Of a DNA stretch of 64,000 nt, positions 1 to 12,890 are shown in pieces (positions within the stretch are counted from its first letter, which is position 1; each line of letters begins with the position of its first letter). The notes under the pieces were generated by a model, which made no database searches, was not told the DNA's origin, and was given only the letters and a program-made list of their open reading frames with translations. The translations under genes were made by a program, and so were the position numbers. Source of the stretch: Octopus vulgaris (lineage: Eukaryota); the NCBI GenBank assembly GCA_951406725.2, contig OX597819.1:99324001-99388000 (forward strand), given 5' to 3'.

Positions 1-960
1 AAGCAAATGAGAGTCGTAGTGCAATATAAAGTTAATTCCATATGCAACAATTTCCTAGAAAACTAAAGATGAATTTAAAAATACAGATATAAAGCTGTAA
101 TTTGTCATTGATTTTTAAAGAAAGACTTTTTTCAAATTCATTAAATAACTAATTATTTTACAATAAAATTAAGCCAATTGATATATTTCACTCACAAATT
201 ACTATTCAATGTGTTCTTAGAAAATTAAATTACCTTAAAAAGAATATTTGAATGAATTATATTGACGTTCTTGTTAAATACAAGATACTATCGAAACCCT
301 GCACGCATTCAAATCAAATTAACAATCGAATATTTCGACTAACTAGTCTGCAGTTAACAAAAGTAATTACCTGCTAATCAATCAATATAATTACAATACT
401 TTAAACCATATTAAAATCAAAAGTACATACCTGTAATTTGCAAGATTTTCAATATAGATGATTAATTGGATCTTCAATATAAGATTTTAAGTTCGACAGA
501 AACTTTTTGAAAATTTCTAGCGTTCTACAGTTCTATAATTCTTAAGATCATTCTATGGTCTCCGCTTCACGATGTCGCGTTGGAAGGTATCAAAATCATT
601 AGGTGTTTGTCTCCTCACACGAAGAACGTCTCTGAATATTTTCAGATGAATATAGACTGACCGAAAATTGAAATAGCGCACAAAGAAAAGAAAAGAAAAA
701 AAACACAATAGCAATAACAAGAAGCAAAAGCACCTCGAAGTTAAATGAAGCTGTTCGTCCCAAGCAATGATGGACAACTAAAAACAAAGCAAAAATAAAC
801 AACAACAACAATAATAATAATAAATCTCAGTATCTTTATCGTCTTCTATATAATTCGATCCATTGACGAGCGGCAGAGTTGAAACGGTCAATTACTTTCA
901 ATCTTCGCTCTCATTGTCTTCCTATGTTGTTTTAGAGATCCGAATGATTCCCATTTAAAC

Positions 961-1605
961 ACCCTCTTCATCACACCCTCTATACCACCACAACCACCCC
1001 ACCCCCACCTGCACCTCCACAATACCACTACCACCACCACCGCCGCCATCAATACTGCAATCAAATACAATAATATTAGCATACTATCATTGTAAAACCA
1101 CTCCTACCACGACTACTACCCAAAGAAACAAAACAAAAAAAACCCGAAAAATTACATAAACACCATCATTATCATCGACATAAGCATCACTACCACTACC
1201 ACCACCACCGCACCACCGCCAACACCATCATCGTCACAGTTACACGCGTCACCATCACTACTATGGGCAAGACAAAAGCAATATTCTCTCTCCCACCATC
1301 ATCATTCCTGTTACCCCACTATCATCACTGTAACCATGAACATCACTATCAACTTCCCCATCACTAACCAACTCACCCATCGTCACCGTCATTGTTTCCA
1401 CCACCACCACCACCACCGGCACCACCACCACCACCATACTACCACCACCATACTACCACCACCACCACCATTACCACCACCCACCACCACCGGTACCACA
1501 CCACCACCACCACCACCCACCACCACCACCACCACCACCACAATCACCACCACCATCACCATCACCACCACCACCACCACCACAATCACCACCACCACCA
1601 CCATG
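961..1605. repeat. (CAC/CAT)n-rich low-complexity tract
   Basis: Degenerate CAC/ACC/CAT trinucleotide repeats; gives poly-His/Pro/Thr ORFs in all frames. Confidence 0.85.
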
Positions 1606-1859
1606 GACAAGACTAAGACATACCGCCCCCCCCACTCTCACTCTATCTCTAAATGTTGTTAGTGGAATGATTAGTTAATCTGATTGTGTTCGATCTGTTC
1701 CTGCATAATGATCAACAATACTTGGGTAGACATGTCTTATAACTCACATGATATCTTGTCCCCGAGAACTGCTCCTCTACCTTCGCTATTCATACTACGA
1801 TTGACAAACATACTTCTTTAAAAAAACTGATTATGGGGTTCTAAACCATAGCGGAGCAC

Positions 1860-1972
1860 TTGGGTTAAGTGTGAAAAAAAATGTTTTAAATGGGGAAGGC
1901 AGTCATGGTGTAGGTTTTTGCATGTATGTGCGAGAGTATGTACGTGAGAATGAGCGTGCGCACGAGCATGTC

Positions 1973-2009
<37 letters not shown>

Positions 2010-2146
2010 TATTTTCGATCCCTTTTGATCGGAATTTTACATTTGTTCCCCTTTTTTTCCTTTTTATTTTTCCATTTTCGAAAAGAAAAGTTCTACATTT
2101 GTATTTGTCCCCTCTGTGCTCAGCACTGTGTGGCCAATAAAGAAAG
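1860..2146 (+). mobile_element. 3'-end fragment of a LINE-like repeat; related copy at ~34672-34925 on the minus strand
   Basis: Shared TTCGATCCCTTTTGATCG...TTTGTCCCCTCTGTGCTCAGC...GTGTGGCCAATAAAGAAA end followed by a microsatellite in both copies. Confidence 0.55.
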
Positions 2147-2243
<97 letters not shown>

Positions 2244-2281
2244 CGTCTGTCTGTCTGTCTTTCTGTCTACCTGTCTGTCTG

Positions 2282-2318
<37 letters not shown>

Positions 2319-2334
2319 ATATCTATCTTCATAC

Positions 2335-2375
<41 letters not shown>

Positions 2376-2382
2376 AACACAT

Positions 2383-2455
<73 letters not shown>
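2147..2455. repeat. Compound microsatellite (TATC)n-(TGTC)n-(TC)n-(TA)n-(CA)n
   Basis: Directly visible. Confidence 0.95.
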
Positions 2456-2569
2456 TACAAACACAAACACATTTACACATGTCTTCCAGAAGGTCATAAG
2501 TTGTAATTCGCAAAAATAAGTCTGAGAATGAGTAACAATTATGGACTTATTATTATTATTATTATTATT

Positions 2570-3059
2570 GAGTGAGAGAGCAGTGCATGCCATCAAAGTG
2601 ACACTGGGGTAAAATATACGAAGCCCAGTATACCCATCATGACTACCCGTCTGATAAGGGTACACTAGGCACATGCATCACAACCATATGTGCGCGACAT
2701 GGTGATCTCATATCAAAATAAACAGCACATGACCTTGCAGGTGGGGCCCAGTTAGAATTTTCTTCAGGTCGAGTAACCCATCCCACTCGAAAGGTCCCTG
2801 AATAAGGGTTGTTTAAGGATGTTGAACGAAACACCCATGTTTCCAGAGGTGAATTATTCAAACCCCAAAGAATCCCTCTCAACACATGGCTATGATGCTC
2901 CCCCACTACTTCTGCTCGTGATCAGAGATGCACATATCGTCAGCCACTAAGGGACATGCTCAACTGGTTAAAGTCAAACAACTGACAAGCAAATCTGTGG
3001 TATTGAGCAGAATATTTGCTGTAGCCCATCTTTTATACCAAGACAAAACAATGTACATG

Positions 3060-3060
<1 letters not shown>
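2570..3060 (-). mobile_element. ~490-bp non-coding interspersed repeat bounded by (TTA)n; further copies at ~3633-4035 and, inverted, at ~21030-21475
   Basis: Three alignable copies (e.g. CCATCAAAGTGACACTGGGGT, GACCTTGCAGGTGGGG, CTCAACTGGTTAA); strand inferred from the (AAT)n tail. Confidence 0.75.
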
Positions 3061-3138
<78 letters not shown>

Positions 3139-3343
3139 TTATTTCATTTACTATTTATTTCTCTAATTTCTATTATACATCTTCTGTTATATCCTTTAAT
3201 GTCATAGTATCTCTCTTTGATCGATGTATGTCCCACCTGTTTTTCTATTGTTTTGTTTTTGTTTTGTTATTGTGTGCTGTAACTTGTCTTTCGATATTGT
3301 CTTCCATGTTTTGGGCCCTTGCGGCCTATAAAAGAAATCATCA

Positions 3344-3395
<52 letters not shown>

Positions 3396-3462
3396 TGCTG
3401 TTGTTGTTGTTGTTGTTGTTGTTGTCATCATCATCATCATCATTATAATAATTATTATTATT

Positions 3463-3595
3463 GAGCTGGCAGAATCGTTAGCCCGCCGGGCGGGGGCGGA
3501 GGCATTTCCACCGTCCTTACGTTCTGAATTCAAATACAGCTGAGGTCGACTTTGTATTTTATCCTTTCGGGGCCGATAAAATGAGTACCAGTTGT
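3463..3595 (+). mobile_element. SINE family A, partial copy
   Basis: GAGCTGGCAGAATCGTTAGC head and GAGGTCGACTTTG..TCCTTTCGGGG core shared with the full copies at 35482, 43318 and 48573. Confidence 0.85.
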
Positions 3596-4039
3596 TCTCC
3601 CACCGAATTTGCAAGTCAAAAAATTCTTATTATTGAGTGAGACAGCGGCGCCGCCATCAAAGTGACACTGGGGTACAAATATACGAAGCCTAATAAACCC
3701 AATGGCTACGCGAGTGATAAGAGCATACCAGGTACCCGTATCACAAACATATGTGCGTGACATGGCCATCTCCTATCAAGATAAACAGCGTATGACCTTG
3801 CAGGTGGGGGGGCCAAGTTAGAATTTTCTCAAAGTCGAGTAGCCCATCCCGCTCAAAAGGTCCTTGAATAAGGCTTGTTTACAGAGGTGAATTTTTCACA
3901 CTACTTCTGCTCGTGATCAGAAATGCACATATTGTCAACCACTAAGGGATATTCTCAACTGGTTAAGGTCAAACAACTGACAGGCAAATCAGCGGTGTTA
4001 AGCAGAATATTTGCTGCAGCCGATCTTTTATACCTAGTC

Positions 4040-4487
4040 TTGTGCAGCATTGATCAGGCTTTCGGTGGTACGCTTCAAATTACCTCGCTCAAGCTATGCC
4101 CACGATGCTGTATTATCCTTAACGTTCTGTGTATTCCTTTCAATCTGTCCATGCATTCTCATTTCAAGGTCTTCTCTTCTCTTCTCCTCAGCTCTTTGGT
4201 TAAACTCTTCCTTGCCCATCATTTCATCTGCATTTGCACCATTATCTTTCGCGGCATATGGTAGCAGGTCTTCATCACTATTTATCAAACACTCGGCAAG
4301 CGTTCTCCTTTTTCTCCTTATGCAATGGTCTATACTAATTAGTCCTCTGCCACCATTATTTCATTTCGTAAACTGTCTGTTTACGTTTGCTTTAGAGTGT
4401 AGCGCCCCATGCAGCGTCATCAACTTTTTCGTCCTTCTATCCAGTGTTGATATTTTCTCCTTATTCCTCTTGAGTATGGACGCACTA
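4040..4487 (-). pseudogene. Degenerate Dong/R4-type non-LTR retrotransposon fragment (post-RT region)
   Basis: Minus-strand translation gives HGALHSKANVNRQFTK*NNGGRGLISID and MHGQIERN...SWA, matching the HP.ADV.RLY..R..GGRGL and HGQ motifs; stops and frameshifts. Confidence 0.7.
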
Positions 4488-4548
<61 letters not shown>

Positions 4549-4694
4549 TAGTTTTATTTTTATAGCGTGCTTTCGCTTCATTACCGAGCGCAGCTCTGTG
4601 TGGGTATGTGCTGTGATGCTCTGATGGTTATTGTATGGAAAGTGTTCTGCGTAGGATGTGTGCAGTGCCTAGTAGTGCAATTTTCTGTATGTTA

Positions 4695-5970
4695 CGAGGG
4701 GCGTTCAATAAGTAATGCCTCTGACCCACTTCCCATAGCAGTAGAGCAACGAAACTTGGCACAGTTATTGGTCTTTTCCTACATAGGAACCACCCAGAGT
4801 TACGCATTTCTCCCATTGTGTGATGCAGCTCTGGAGACCGTTTTTGTAGAAGACCCCAGCTTGGTCCTCCAACCTGAACGTGACTTCAGAAATCAAGGCT
4901 GCATCATCTGGGAAACGCTTTCCTTTAAAAAACAACTTCATGACTGGGAAGAGGTGAAAATCAGAGGGTGCAAGGTCAGGAAAGTAGGGGGATGGGGATG
5001 AGTTCATAGCCATACGCCTGTGCTTCTGATCTGGCGACAAGCGAGTTGTGGACCGGAGCGTTGTCCTGCAGGAGGAGGATGCCTTTGCTGATCTTGCCCC
5101 GCCTCTTGATTTTGATAACTTCTCTTAATTTCTTCAAAAGTGAAGCATAATAGGCTCCTGCAATTGTGGTACCCTTTGCCTGGAAATCTGTCATCACTAC
5201 TCCGTCCTGGTCCCAGAAGACTGTGAGCATGACCTTGCCAGCGGAGGGCTGCACCCTTGCCTTCTTTGGAGGGGGTGAGTCACGGTGCTTCCACTGCATT
5301 GACTGGGCTTTGGTCTCTGGATCATCGTGATGGACCCAGGTTTCATCCTGTGTAATCAGTCTTTTGAAAAATGTTGACTTATCTTCTTGGCACATCTCCA
5401 AATTCACCCTCGAGCACTCGACGCGTTCTTGCTTCTGGAAAGGCGTGAGCAACCTGGGAATCTATCTAGCAGACACCTTTTGCATATGCAAATGGTCATG
5501 AATGATAGTTTCCACAGACCCGGTGCTAATCTTGACCTCATGGGCTATTTGGCGAATAATTATGCGTCGATCTTCCAAAATGGCAGCCTCAACTTGACGG
5601 ACAGATGCCTCATCAATGGCAGAAGGGGCGACCAGATCTGGGAGCTGTTTCCACAGAGTTCCGACCATGTTTGAATTCACGATGCCAGCGTTTTACAAGG
5701 TCATATGATGGGGCATCATCACCATAAGTTACTTTCATTTCATCAAAAGTCTCCCGTGGTGTGCGTCCTTTCAAATACAAAAACCGGATCACTGCTCGAC
5801 ACTCAACAGGCTCCATTTCACACTTGACTCGGTTCAAACACCTGTAAATCAGAAACCACAATTAATTCAGAATTATAATTATAGAGATATAAATGATTGC
5901 ACATGCAAAATTTCAGCTAGATCAAACAACTGCAAGTGGGTCAGGGGCATTACTTATTGAACGTCCCTCG
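4695..5970 (-). mobile_element. Full-length (1276 bp) mariner transposon with an inactivated transposase
   Basis: TIRs CGAGGG(G/A)CGTTCAATAAGTAATGCC(T/C)CTGACCCACTT; TA duplications at 4693-4694 and 5971-5972. Confidence 0.95.
4765..5816 (-). pseudogene. Mariner D,D34D transposase pseudogene
   Basis: MEPVECRAVIRFL...RSGRP; SAR*IPR (W to stop); ITQDETWV; LLQDNAPVH; PYFPDLAPSDFHLF; two frameshifts and one nonsense codon. Confidence 0.92.
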
Positions 5971-6817
5971 TATATGTGTTTGTAAGTCCTGGTGTTTTTG
6001 TTATGTATTTGTCTGAATATTTTTTTATCATGCCTAATGCACCTACTATGATAGGAATTGTTTCTGTTTTTAGATTCCACATTCTGGTTACCTCTATTCC
6101 CAGGTCTTTGTATTTTGAGAGTTTCTCCATTTCTTTTAGAGACACGTTTTCATCAGCCGGTATTGATACATCAATTAGAAAGCATTTTTTTTCTTCGTGA
6201 TCTTTGACAACTATATCTGGTCTGTTGGCCTTAATTTCTCTATCTGTGTGTATCGGCATATCCCAGAGTATGGTTGCTTTCTCGTTTTCTGTGACATTTT
6301 CTGGTGTGTGCCTATACCATCTTTTTTCTGTTGTTATTCCATAATGTTGGTATAGCTTCCAATGTATGTAAGTTCCAACTCTGTCATGTCTATGAATATA
6401 TTCCTTCTTAGCCAGGACTGGGCAGCTAGAGATAATATGATTTATTGTTTCTTGTCCATCTCCACATATTCTGCAGTTACTTGTTATATTTCTTTTCATT
6501 ACATGTTTTTGGTAATTTCTGGTGGGGAGGCTTTGGTCTTGTGCTGCAATTAAAAATCCCTCTGTTTCTGCTTTGAGTCCTGAGCTTCTCAACCATTGCT
6601 GGGATTTTTCTTTGTCTATTTCTATTGCGTTTAGTTTAGTCCAGTATTTACCATGAAGGGGCTTTTCTTGCGATCGTTTTATCATGGTTCGTTGCTGTTC
6701 TATTTTTAGTTTGGATTTCATTTGTTTTATAGCTTTTCTTCTTCTTCTTCTTCTTCTTCTTCTTCTTCTTCTTCTTCTTCTTCTTCTTCTTCTTCTTCTT
6801 CTTCTTCTTCTTCTTCA

Positions 6818-6862
<45 letters not shown>

Positions 6863-6952
6863 TCTGAGCTTTTGGTCTTACTTGCTTTGGTTGATTCAGT
6901 GAGACCGGACAGCAACCAGTTGTCAATATTATTATTATTATTATTATTATTA

Positions 6953-7518
6953 AGTCAATGATTCCTATGGTGTTCTCTACAAGACTGACAAGGTGAATTA
7001 AGTTTCTTAACCCTCGGCGACGGAGTAGTGGGTCACTGAGCAAGATTAATCATATTTGAAATCATCGATTATATGACTCCTCTTGCTTACCGTAGGGAAC
7101 TTGTCTCCCTTGTCAGTAGTAAGATAAGTTCTCTCACGTGGCTAAGAGTTGTTTTGACTCTTATTTCTAGCAATGTTGGTGCTTACTACCATCCTCAGTC
7201 ACTTTGGTTATAATTTGCGAATTTCCACTTTAATAATTTATAACTCTCATTTCACCATTTTCGAAATCAGTCAGTTTGCTATGGTGTTTTCTACAAGGCT
7301 GACAAGGTGATCTAAATTTTTAACCCTCGAGAACGGAGTAATGAGTCATTAATGAAGACTAATCAAATCTGAAATTATCGATGATATAACTCCTTCTCGC
7401 TTGCCGTAGAGAGCTTCTCTTCCTTGTCAGTCGTTAGATAAGCGCTCTCACGTGGCTAAGGGTTGTTTTGACTCTTATCTATGCCAATGCTGCTGCTGAC
7501 TAGCACCCTCAGTCACTT
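6953..7518 (+). repeat. Diverged tandem dimer, period 313 bp, each unit with a decayed type I hammerhead (old retrozyme-like element)
   Basis: Units ~6953-7205 and ~7269-7518 align; hammerhead relics at 7030-7079 and 7343-7392. Confidence 0.8.
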
Positions 7519-7556
7519 TAATGACGACTATACTACTACATGTATATATATATATA

Positions 7557-7622
<66 letters not shown>

Positions 7623-7918
7623 TAATGCAATACGAGAGTATTGCTTTCCAGTAAAGAATAGCCCGTGAGGGAAAATTATACATAGAAGTAAATATATGGC
7701 ACAACGAAGTACCGATATTTACTGGAAAATAGCGAACGTAATAAATACGACGCTAATGTATAGCTTCACCGCGTATGTACTAGCAAAAATGCGTGTGTGC
7801 AACAAACTTGAAAAAAATTGTCTTACCTCCAGGGAGAACATCTGAAAGATGAAATACCTAGAAAGGGATAATGTGGTACCGGTTTATTTACTTCTATATA
7901 TATATATATATACATAGA

Positions 7919-7980
<62 letters not shown>

Positions 7981-8021
7981 TACATACATATATACATACA
8001 TACATACATACATACATACAT

Positions 8022-8092
<71 letters not shown>

Positions 8093-8597
8093 TCACTCTC
8101 TAAATATTTTTTCCATCTTCTATTGACTCCTATCTCTCTGTGTTTCAATATATTCCTGATTAATGTTTAATACCATAAGTTGCAACAACATCCAGTGTGA
8201 ATTTGTACTATTTATTTAAAGCTTTGTATGAACCTGCAATGTTACGTATAGGAGATTCTATACATGCTTTTTTCTTCCTAAATACATACATTTGTAACTT
8301 CAATCCTGAAATGAAATACGTGTGTCATGGAATTAAAAAATATACCGATTTTTTCCAGACTCTTGTTTTGAATGTAATAGAATTTAACAAAAACGTCAAC
8401 TGCTGTATATACCTCATTCAAAATAAAATATGTATATACATACATTTGATTAATGTGGATATGCAGATCTGCTTCACGAGGACACAATTGGGATTATAAT
8501 CCCTTACATACACCCACAAGCACATATACACAAACATGCAATTTTTGAATGCATATATCTATACATATACAAATCTGTATGTATGTGTGATTGTATG

Positions 8598-8647
<50 letters not shown>

Positions 8648-8654
8648 AGTGTGT

Positions 8655-8697
<43 letters not shown>

Positions 8698-8699
8698 TA

Positions 8700-9800
8700 A
8701 GCGTAAGCATGTATGTATGTATATGTGTAGATTTGCATGTTTTGCTTCATGTATGTATTCTCATGCATATAGTTGCATATCTAGAATGCTCATATATATT
8801 TAAATGATAAGCTTCTGGAGAGTTTTTCAGATTTTTATAGTTCCAGTGATGGATTGGATCTGAAGTCTTCGAATTAGCTTTCTCTTCACTGGTTTTGAGA
8901 AACCTAATTTCTCAAGATTGGTATTTAGGCAGTGTGTTACATATCCCAGTGCCCCAATAATTACAGGTATAAACCTGAACTTGTAATCTGGATAGATTAA
9001 CTGCAGATTTCTCAATACTTAAGCATAGGTATTTTCTTTTTCACTGATCTTCAGCTTTATGTTAACATTCGCTGGGCAGCTAATTTCCACAACTGTGCAC
9101 AGTTTCTCTTCTCTATCCCAAATGACAATATCTGGTCTGTTGTGCTTACATTTTATTGAGGTCTTCACTGGTACATTTCACCAGTATTCCTTTTTATTAT
9201 GAGTGGCTATGGCATCTACCACACTGTGGGCTCTTATTTCTTTGTCCTCGGGATTATCCTTCCGACGGATTTCATTATAGATTGTCTTAGCTAAAAAATC
9301 ATATCTCATAGGTAGATATTACCATGATAGCATTTTCGGACAACTGCTTATGATGTGGGTGATATCTTCAGTGTGAACTCCTCAAAGTCTGCATCGGCTG
9401 TCACATTTTATGGCTTTCTTGCATCTCTATCCCTTTTGTGCATCAGGTATTTGGTTGATATTTCCTATTCCTGGTTTGCAAACACATACTCTTCAAAGAG
9501 GTAGTAAGCTATTAGTCCACGATAAACTGCTATATGATCGACGTTACTATCATCACGGAGCTTTCTATCCATGCATAGTCTTCTGCTCATATAGGCTCAT
9601 CTTTTTATCTGATGGTACGTTGCGGTAGAGTCGTGCGACTTCTCTGGGCATGTATTCTAGGTTATCAGACAAAGAGCGTTGCTCAAGGAACTACTTTCCA
9701 AGTCTTATGATGTTATCAGCCCTATGTATGCAAAATTGGTCAAGGGATGCACGTCGACACTTGGTAGTTAAAAGATGTTGCCGAAGGGATATGATGCGTC
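8700..9800 (-). pseudogene. Degenerate RLE-type (Dong/R4-like) retrotransposon 3' portion, second family
   Basis: CDSRCRL*..EDITHIISSCPK; KHNRPDIVIWDREEKLCTVVEISCP; FIPVIIGALG. The same 3' end recurs at 56187. Confidence 0.8.
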
Positions 9801-10346
9801 TTGAGTCGTGAGGTCTATGTAGAAGGAAGTAGAGTTCTGTCGGACAATGCACAAATCTCCTGGGTTATCCTTTCATTCTAGGCTTGATAATCAGGTCCAG
9901 TGTCTCACGCTTCGGAAATCTGTGGACAAAAGTGAGGCAGGATGCCATGTTCGTCATTGTTTACAACTATCAAGTCCATCAGTGATGACAATAACTTGGT
10001 GCGCATCACTTTTAGCACATTTTTTGAGTTTGCATAAAGACACAAATTATTCCTCCTGTTTACCTTCTGAATCTAGTATAAGTTGAAAAAGTATCAAAGC
10101 ATAACGGTTCTCCCGAGTCTTGCCGTACATGAACTTCCCTCATCATGTGGTGGATGAGGTATGTAACTAATATCCTTGTGCACCTTAAGTCTGATAGTAG
10201 ACTCCGCTTCCTTGAGATGTTTAGTGATAGCCTTCATCAACTTGGTAGCGTTGTCGTTAATGATATTCTGAACTTGCAGGACGATCAGGGTTTCCTTATG
10301 AAATGACACCACTGAGGATATTTCTTTCCCGTGGCAACGGAGAATA

Positions 10347-11223
10347 CGGGGCCTGATTAAAAAGTATCCGGATTGTTGCCATAGTAACGAAGCTAGAGTA
10401 CGCAGAATAAAGCCGCTTGTCACAAATTGACCTTAAACACTGCTGTGATTGCGCGCTAAGTTTTTGAACGTTCTAGCTAATCTCTGCTGCTTACAGCACT
10501 GCTTGGAAAGAAGTTGTGTAGCGTGTGATTGTCGCATTGACCACGACAGAGAAAACTTGGCGATACCTGTTCAGGGGTCTACGCAAAGTTGCAGAAAGTG
10601 TATGGAGAAAGTGTATGGAGCGAAAATGTACAAGTGGTTCAGACGTTTCCAAGATGGCCAAAAAAAAGATCGATATTGACTAACGTTTTGGGAGACCCGC
10701 AACCAGAAGAACTGTGAAAAACATCGTAGATGTGCGTACAGCTGTGAGGGGAAATCATTGAATAACCATCTGTGAGTTATCAGAGGATGTGCAGATTAGT
10801 TACGGTTCAGTTCAGTCCATTATCACTGAAGATTTGGTTATGAGACGCGTGTCTATCAAATTTGCGTCAAAACTGCTTTCAGTTGACCAAAGAGACACTC
10901 GGGTTTCAGTCTTCTTACTTGTGTCGAGAACGATCAAATCTTTTTGAAAACTTTGCGTAGGCCTCTGAGCAGGTATCGTCAGACTTTTGGCAAATTTGAT
11001 GTAGATTCTCTGCTCAACATTCTCTGTCATGGTCAATGCGACGATCACACGCTACACACGTTCCTTCGAAGCACTACTGTAAACAGCAGATGTGAGCTAG
11101 AAGTTAAAACTTAGTGCGCATACATAGCATAGTACGAGGGCAATCTGTGCCAAGGGGCTTTACACTGCGTGCTTTAGCTTCGTTACTATGGCAACAGTCA
11201 GGATACTTATTGATCAGCTCTCG
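10347..11223 (+). mobile_element. Non-autonomous mariner derivative with a duplicated, inverted left end (long TIRs)
   Basis: TA flanks at 10345-10346 and 11224-11225; ~260-bp arms are mutual reverse complements; interior encodes a decayed N-terminal transposase (YKWFRRFQDG..GRPAT..ISYGSVQSIITEDL). Confidence 0.85.
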
Positions 11224-11946
11224 TACATTCCTACTGGAGAATAAGCTGACAATCTTTAAGTCTCTGTAGTAGCCTATTAGAACTACAAACACAGAGCAAC
11301 TTTTCATTTCTTCAATAGGAATCTGTCATATAGATGCTATATCACCTTGATCACTCTGTATATATCATTATTTCTACTTCAGGTCTAATATATTCTACGT
11401 ATGTTTATATGACATGAATCTCAAACCACAACTTAAAGGACTCTATAACTCTATACCTACGATATCTTTAGTTTGTCGTTTCCTTGCATCATATAGGATT
11501 TCAGAGCATAAATAACCCGCTGCCTTCTTTCACTTCTTCATGTTTAGTTGGTCATAAACTGAAGAAGAGATAAGCTGACAGCATTCTCTCTTTGTAAAGG
11601 GCTTTTTATAATCGTTGACAGATTTTGTGTTCATGTGAGATGTCCGCATACCTTTTTCACATAGTAAACTGGGCAAAAGAGACGTGTGGGGTTAATCGTC
11701 AACTACTCGACTGAAAGACGCGTTGTACTGTACCTGACAGAACTACTAGAAACAGACCAGATTCGTAGGACATGAGAATTAAATATTATTTTACTTACAG
11801 GAATATTATAAAAACATAGTATTATGTAGCTGTGTATTATTATTTTCTTTTATTCAGTGAAATTACATACAAAAATACACATTTGCATACATATATAGTG
11901 CATAATACTTAGGTGCATATATACATATATACATACATACACACAC

Positions 11947-12003
<57 letters not shown>

Positions 12004-12699
12004 CATACATACATACATACATACATACATACATACATACATACATACATACATACATACATACATACATTAACATATACAGAAAGCGTTTCAGCCAGTG
12101 GGCTATGACCAACATTGGAGAAATAATTTTGCTTAAAAAGTAACTTTCAAAATACAAATTCACTCTCTATCTCACGTTCTCTTTAATCAAAGAAATTTTA
12201 ATTCTATTATTCTGTAAAATAATATTTAATTAATTTAAATGTACACAAATAGATGTATATATCTATACATATACACATGTACATACGCACATATGCACGC
12301 ACACGTACACACACACACTAACACACACACATACACACACACATTGCGTGCGTGCGTAAAGTTGCTAACAATGTGTGCGTACTCCTCTTTTCTAATTCTT
12401 CTGCAAACAACTTGAATCGTCAGCATTTGTTATTTAGTTTTTGTTGGGAGTAATAACTCGATTCCTACCATTTCGAGGCCTCAACTTCAGTTTCTCAATT
12501 TGCCAGAAATAACAGCCAAATCTGCCTCAATTTTCTGACTTAAGAAAATAACATTTCAATTGATTCAGTCTTAGGTATAAAATGTCTGTCAGATGTGGAT
12601 CGTTTTGGCTGGACTGGTTTCGATCACAGGTCTGTTTGGCAGTACCGGTTTGCAGTTTAACAGCGACGATATGACGATGACAACAACAACAGCAACAGT

Positions 12700-12890
12700 G
12701 GAGGCGCAATGGCCCAGTGGTTAGGGCAGCGGACTCGCGGTTGTAAGAACGTGGTTTCGATTCCCAGGCCGGGCATTCTGAGTGTTTAGTGAGCAAAAAC
12801 ACCTAAGCTCCATGAGGCTCCTGCGGGGTGGGGTGGTGAACCCCGCTGTACTCTTTCACCATAACTTTCTCTCACTCTTTCTTCCTACTT
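12700..12890 (+). mobile_element. SINE family B (tRNA-Arg-like head), 3'-incomplete
   Basis: GGAGGCGCAATGGCCCAGTGGTTAGGGCAGCGGACTCGCGG...GGTTTCGATTCC with A/B boxes. Confidence 0.85.

Larger units (their letters stand above)
4545..6735 (-). mobile_element. 5'-truncated Dong/R4-clade retrotransposon (CCHC knuckle plus restriction-like endonuclease), interrupted by a mariner
   Basis: ORF 5954-6721: LHGKY, CRICGDGQETINHIISSC, RHD, RPDIVV...IDVSIP...EKLSKY. The ORF resumes in frame at 4692-4628 (TNTY|NIQKIALLGTAHILRRTLSIQ*) once the mariner is removed. The 3' UTR ends in (TAA)n. Confidence 0.9.

Noticed and set aside
1336-1662. His/Pro/Thr-rich ORFs resembling an extensin or mucin
   Set aside because: Pure CAC-type repeat that is open in several frames on both strands; no splice or domain support
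12600-12650. Possible hammerhead upstream of the 12504-12520 motif (minus strand GATCGAAACCAGTCCAGCC)
   Set aside because: The 5' core reads CTGCCAA and the stems do not pair convincingly; too degenerate to call
12700-12775. tRNA-Arg-like sequence (also at 16157, 28200 and 52715)
   Set aside because: SINE heads continuing into a shared SINE body; no proper acceptor stem, so not tRNA genes
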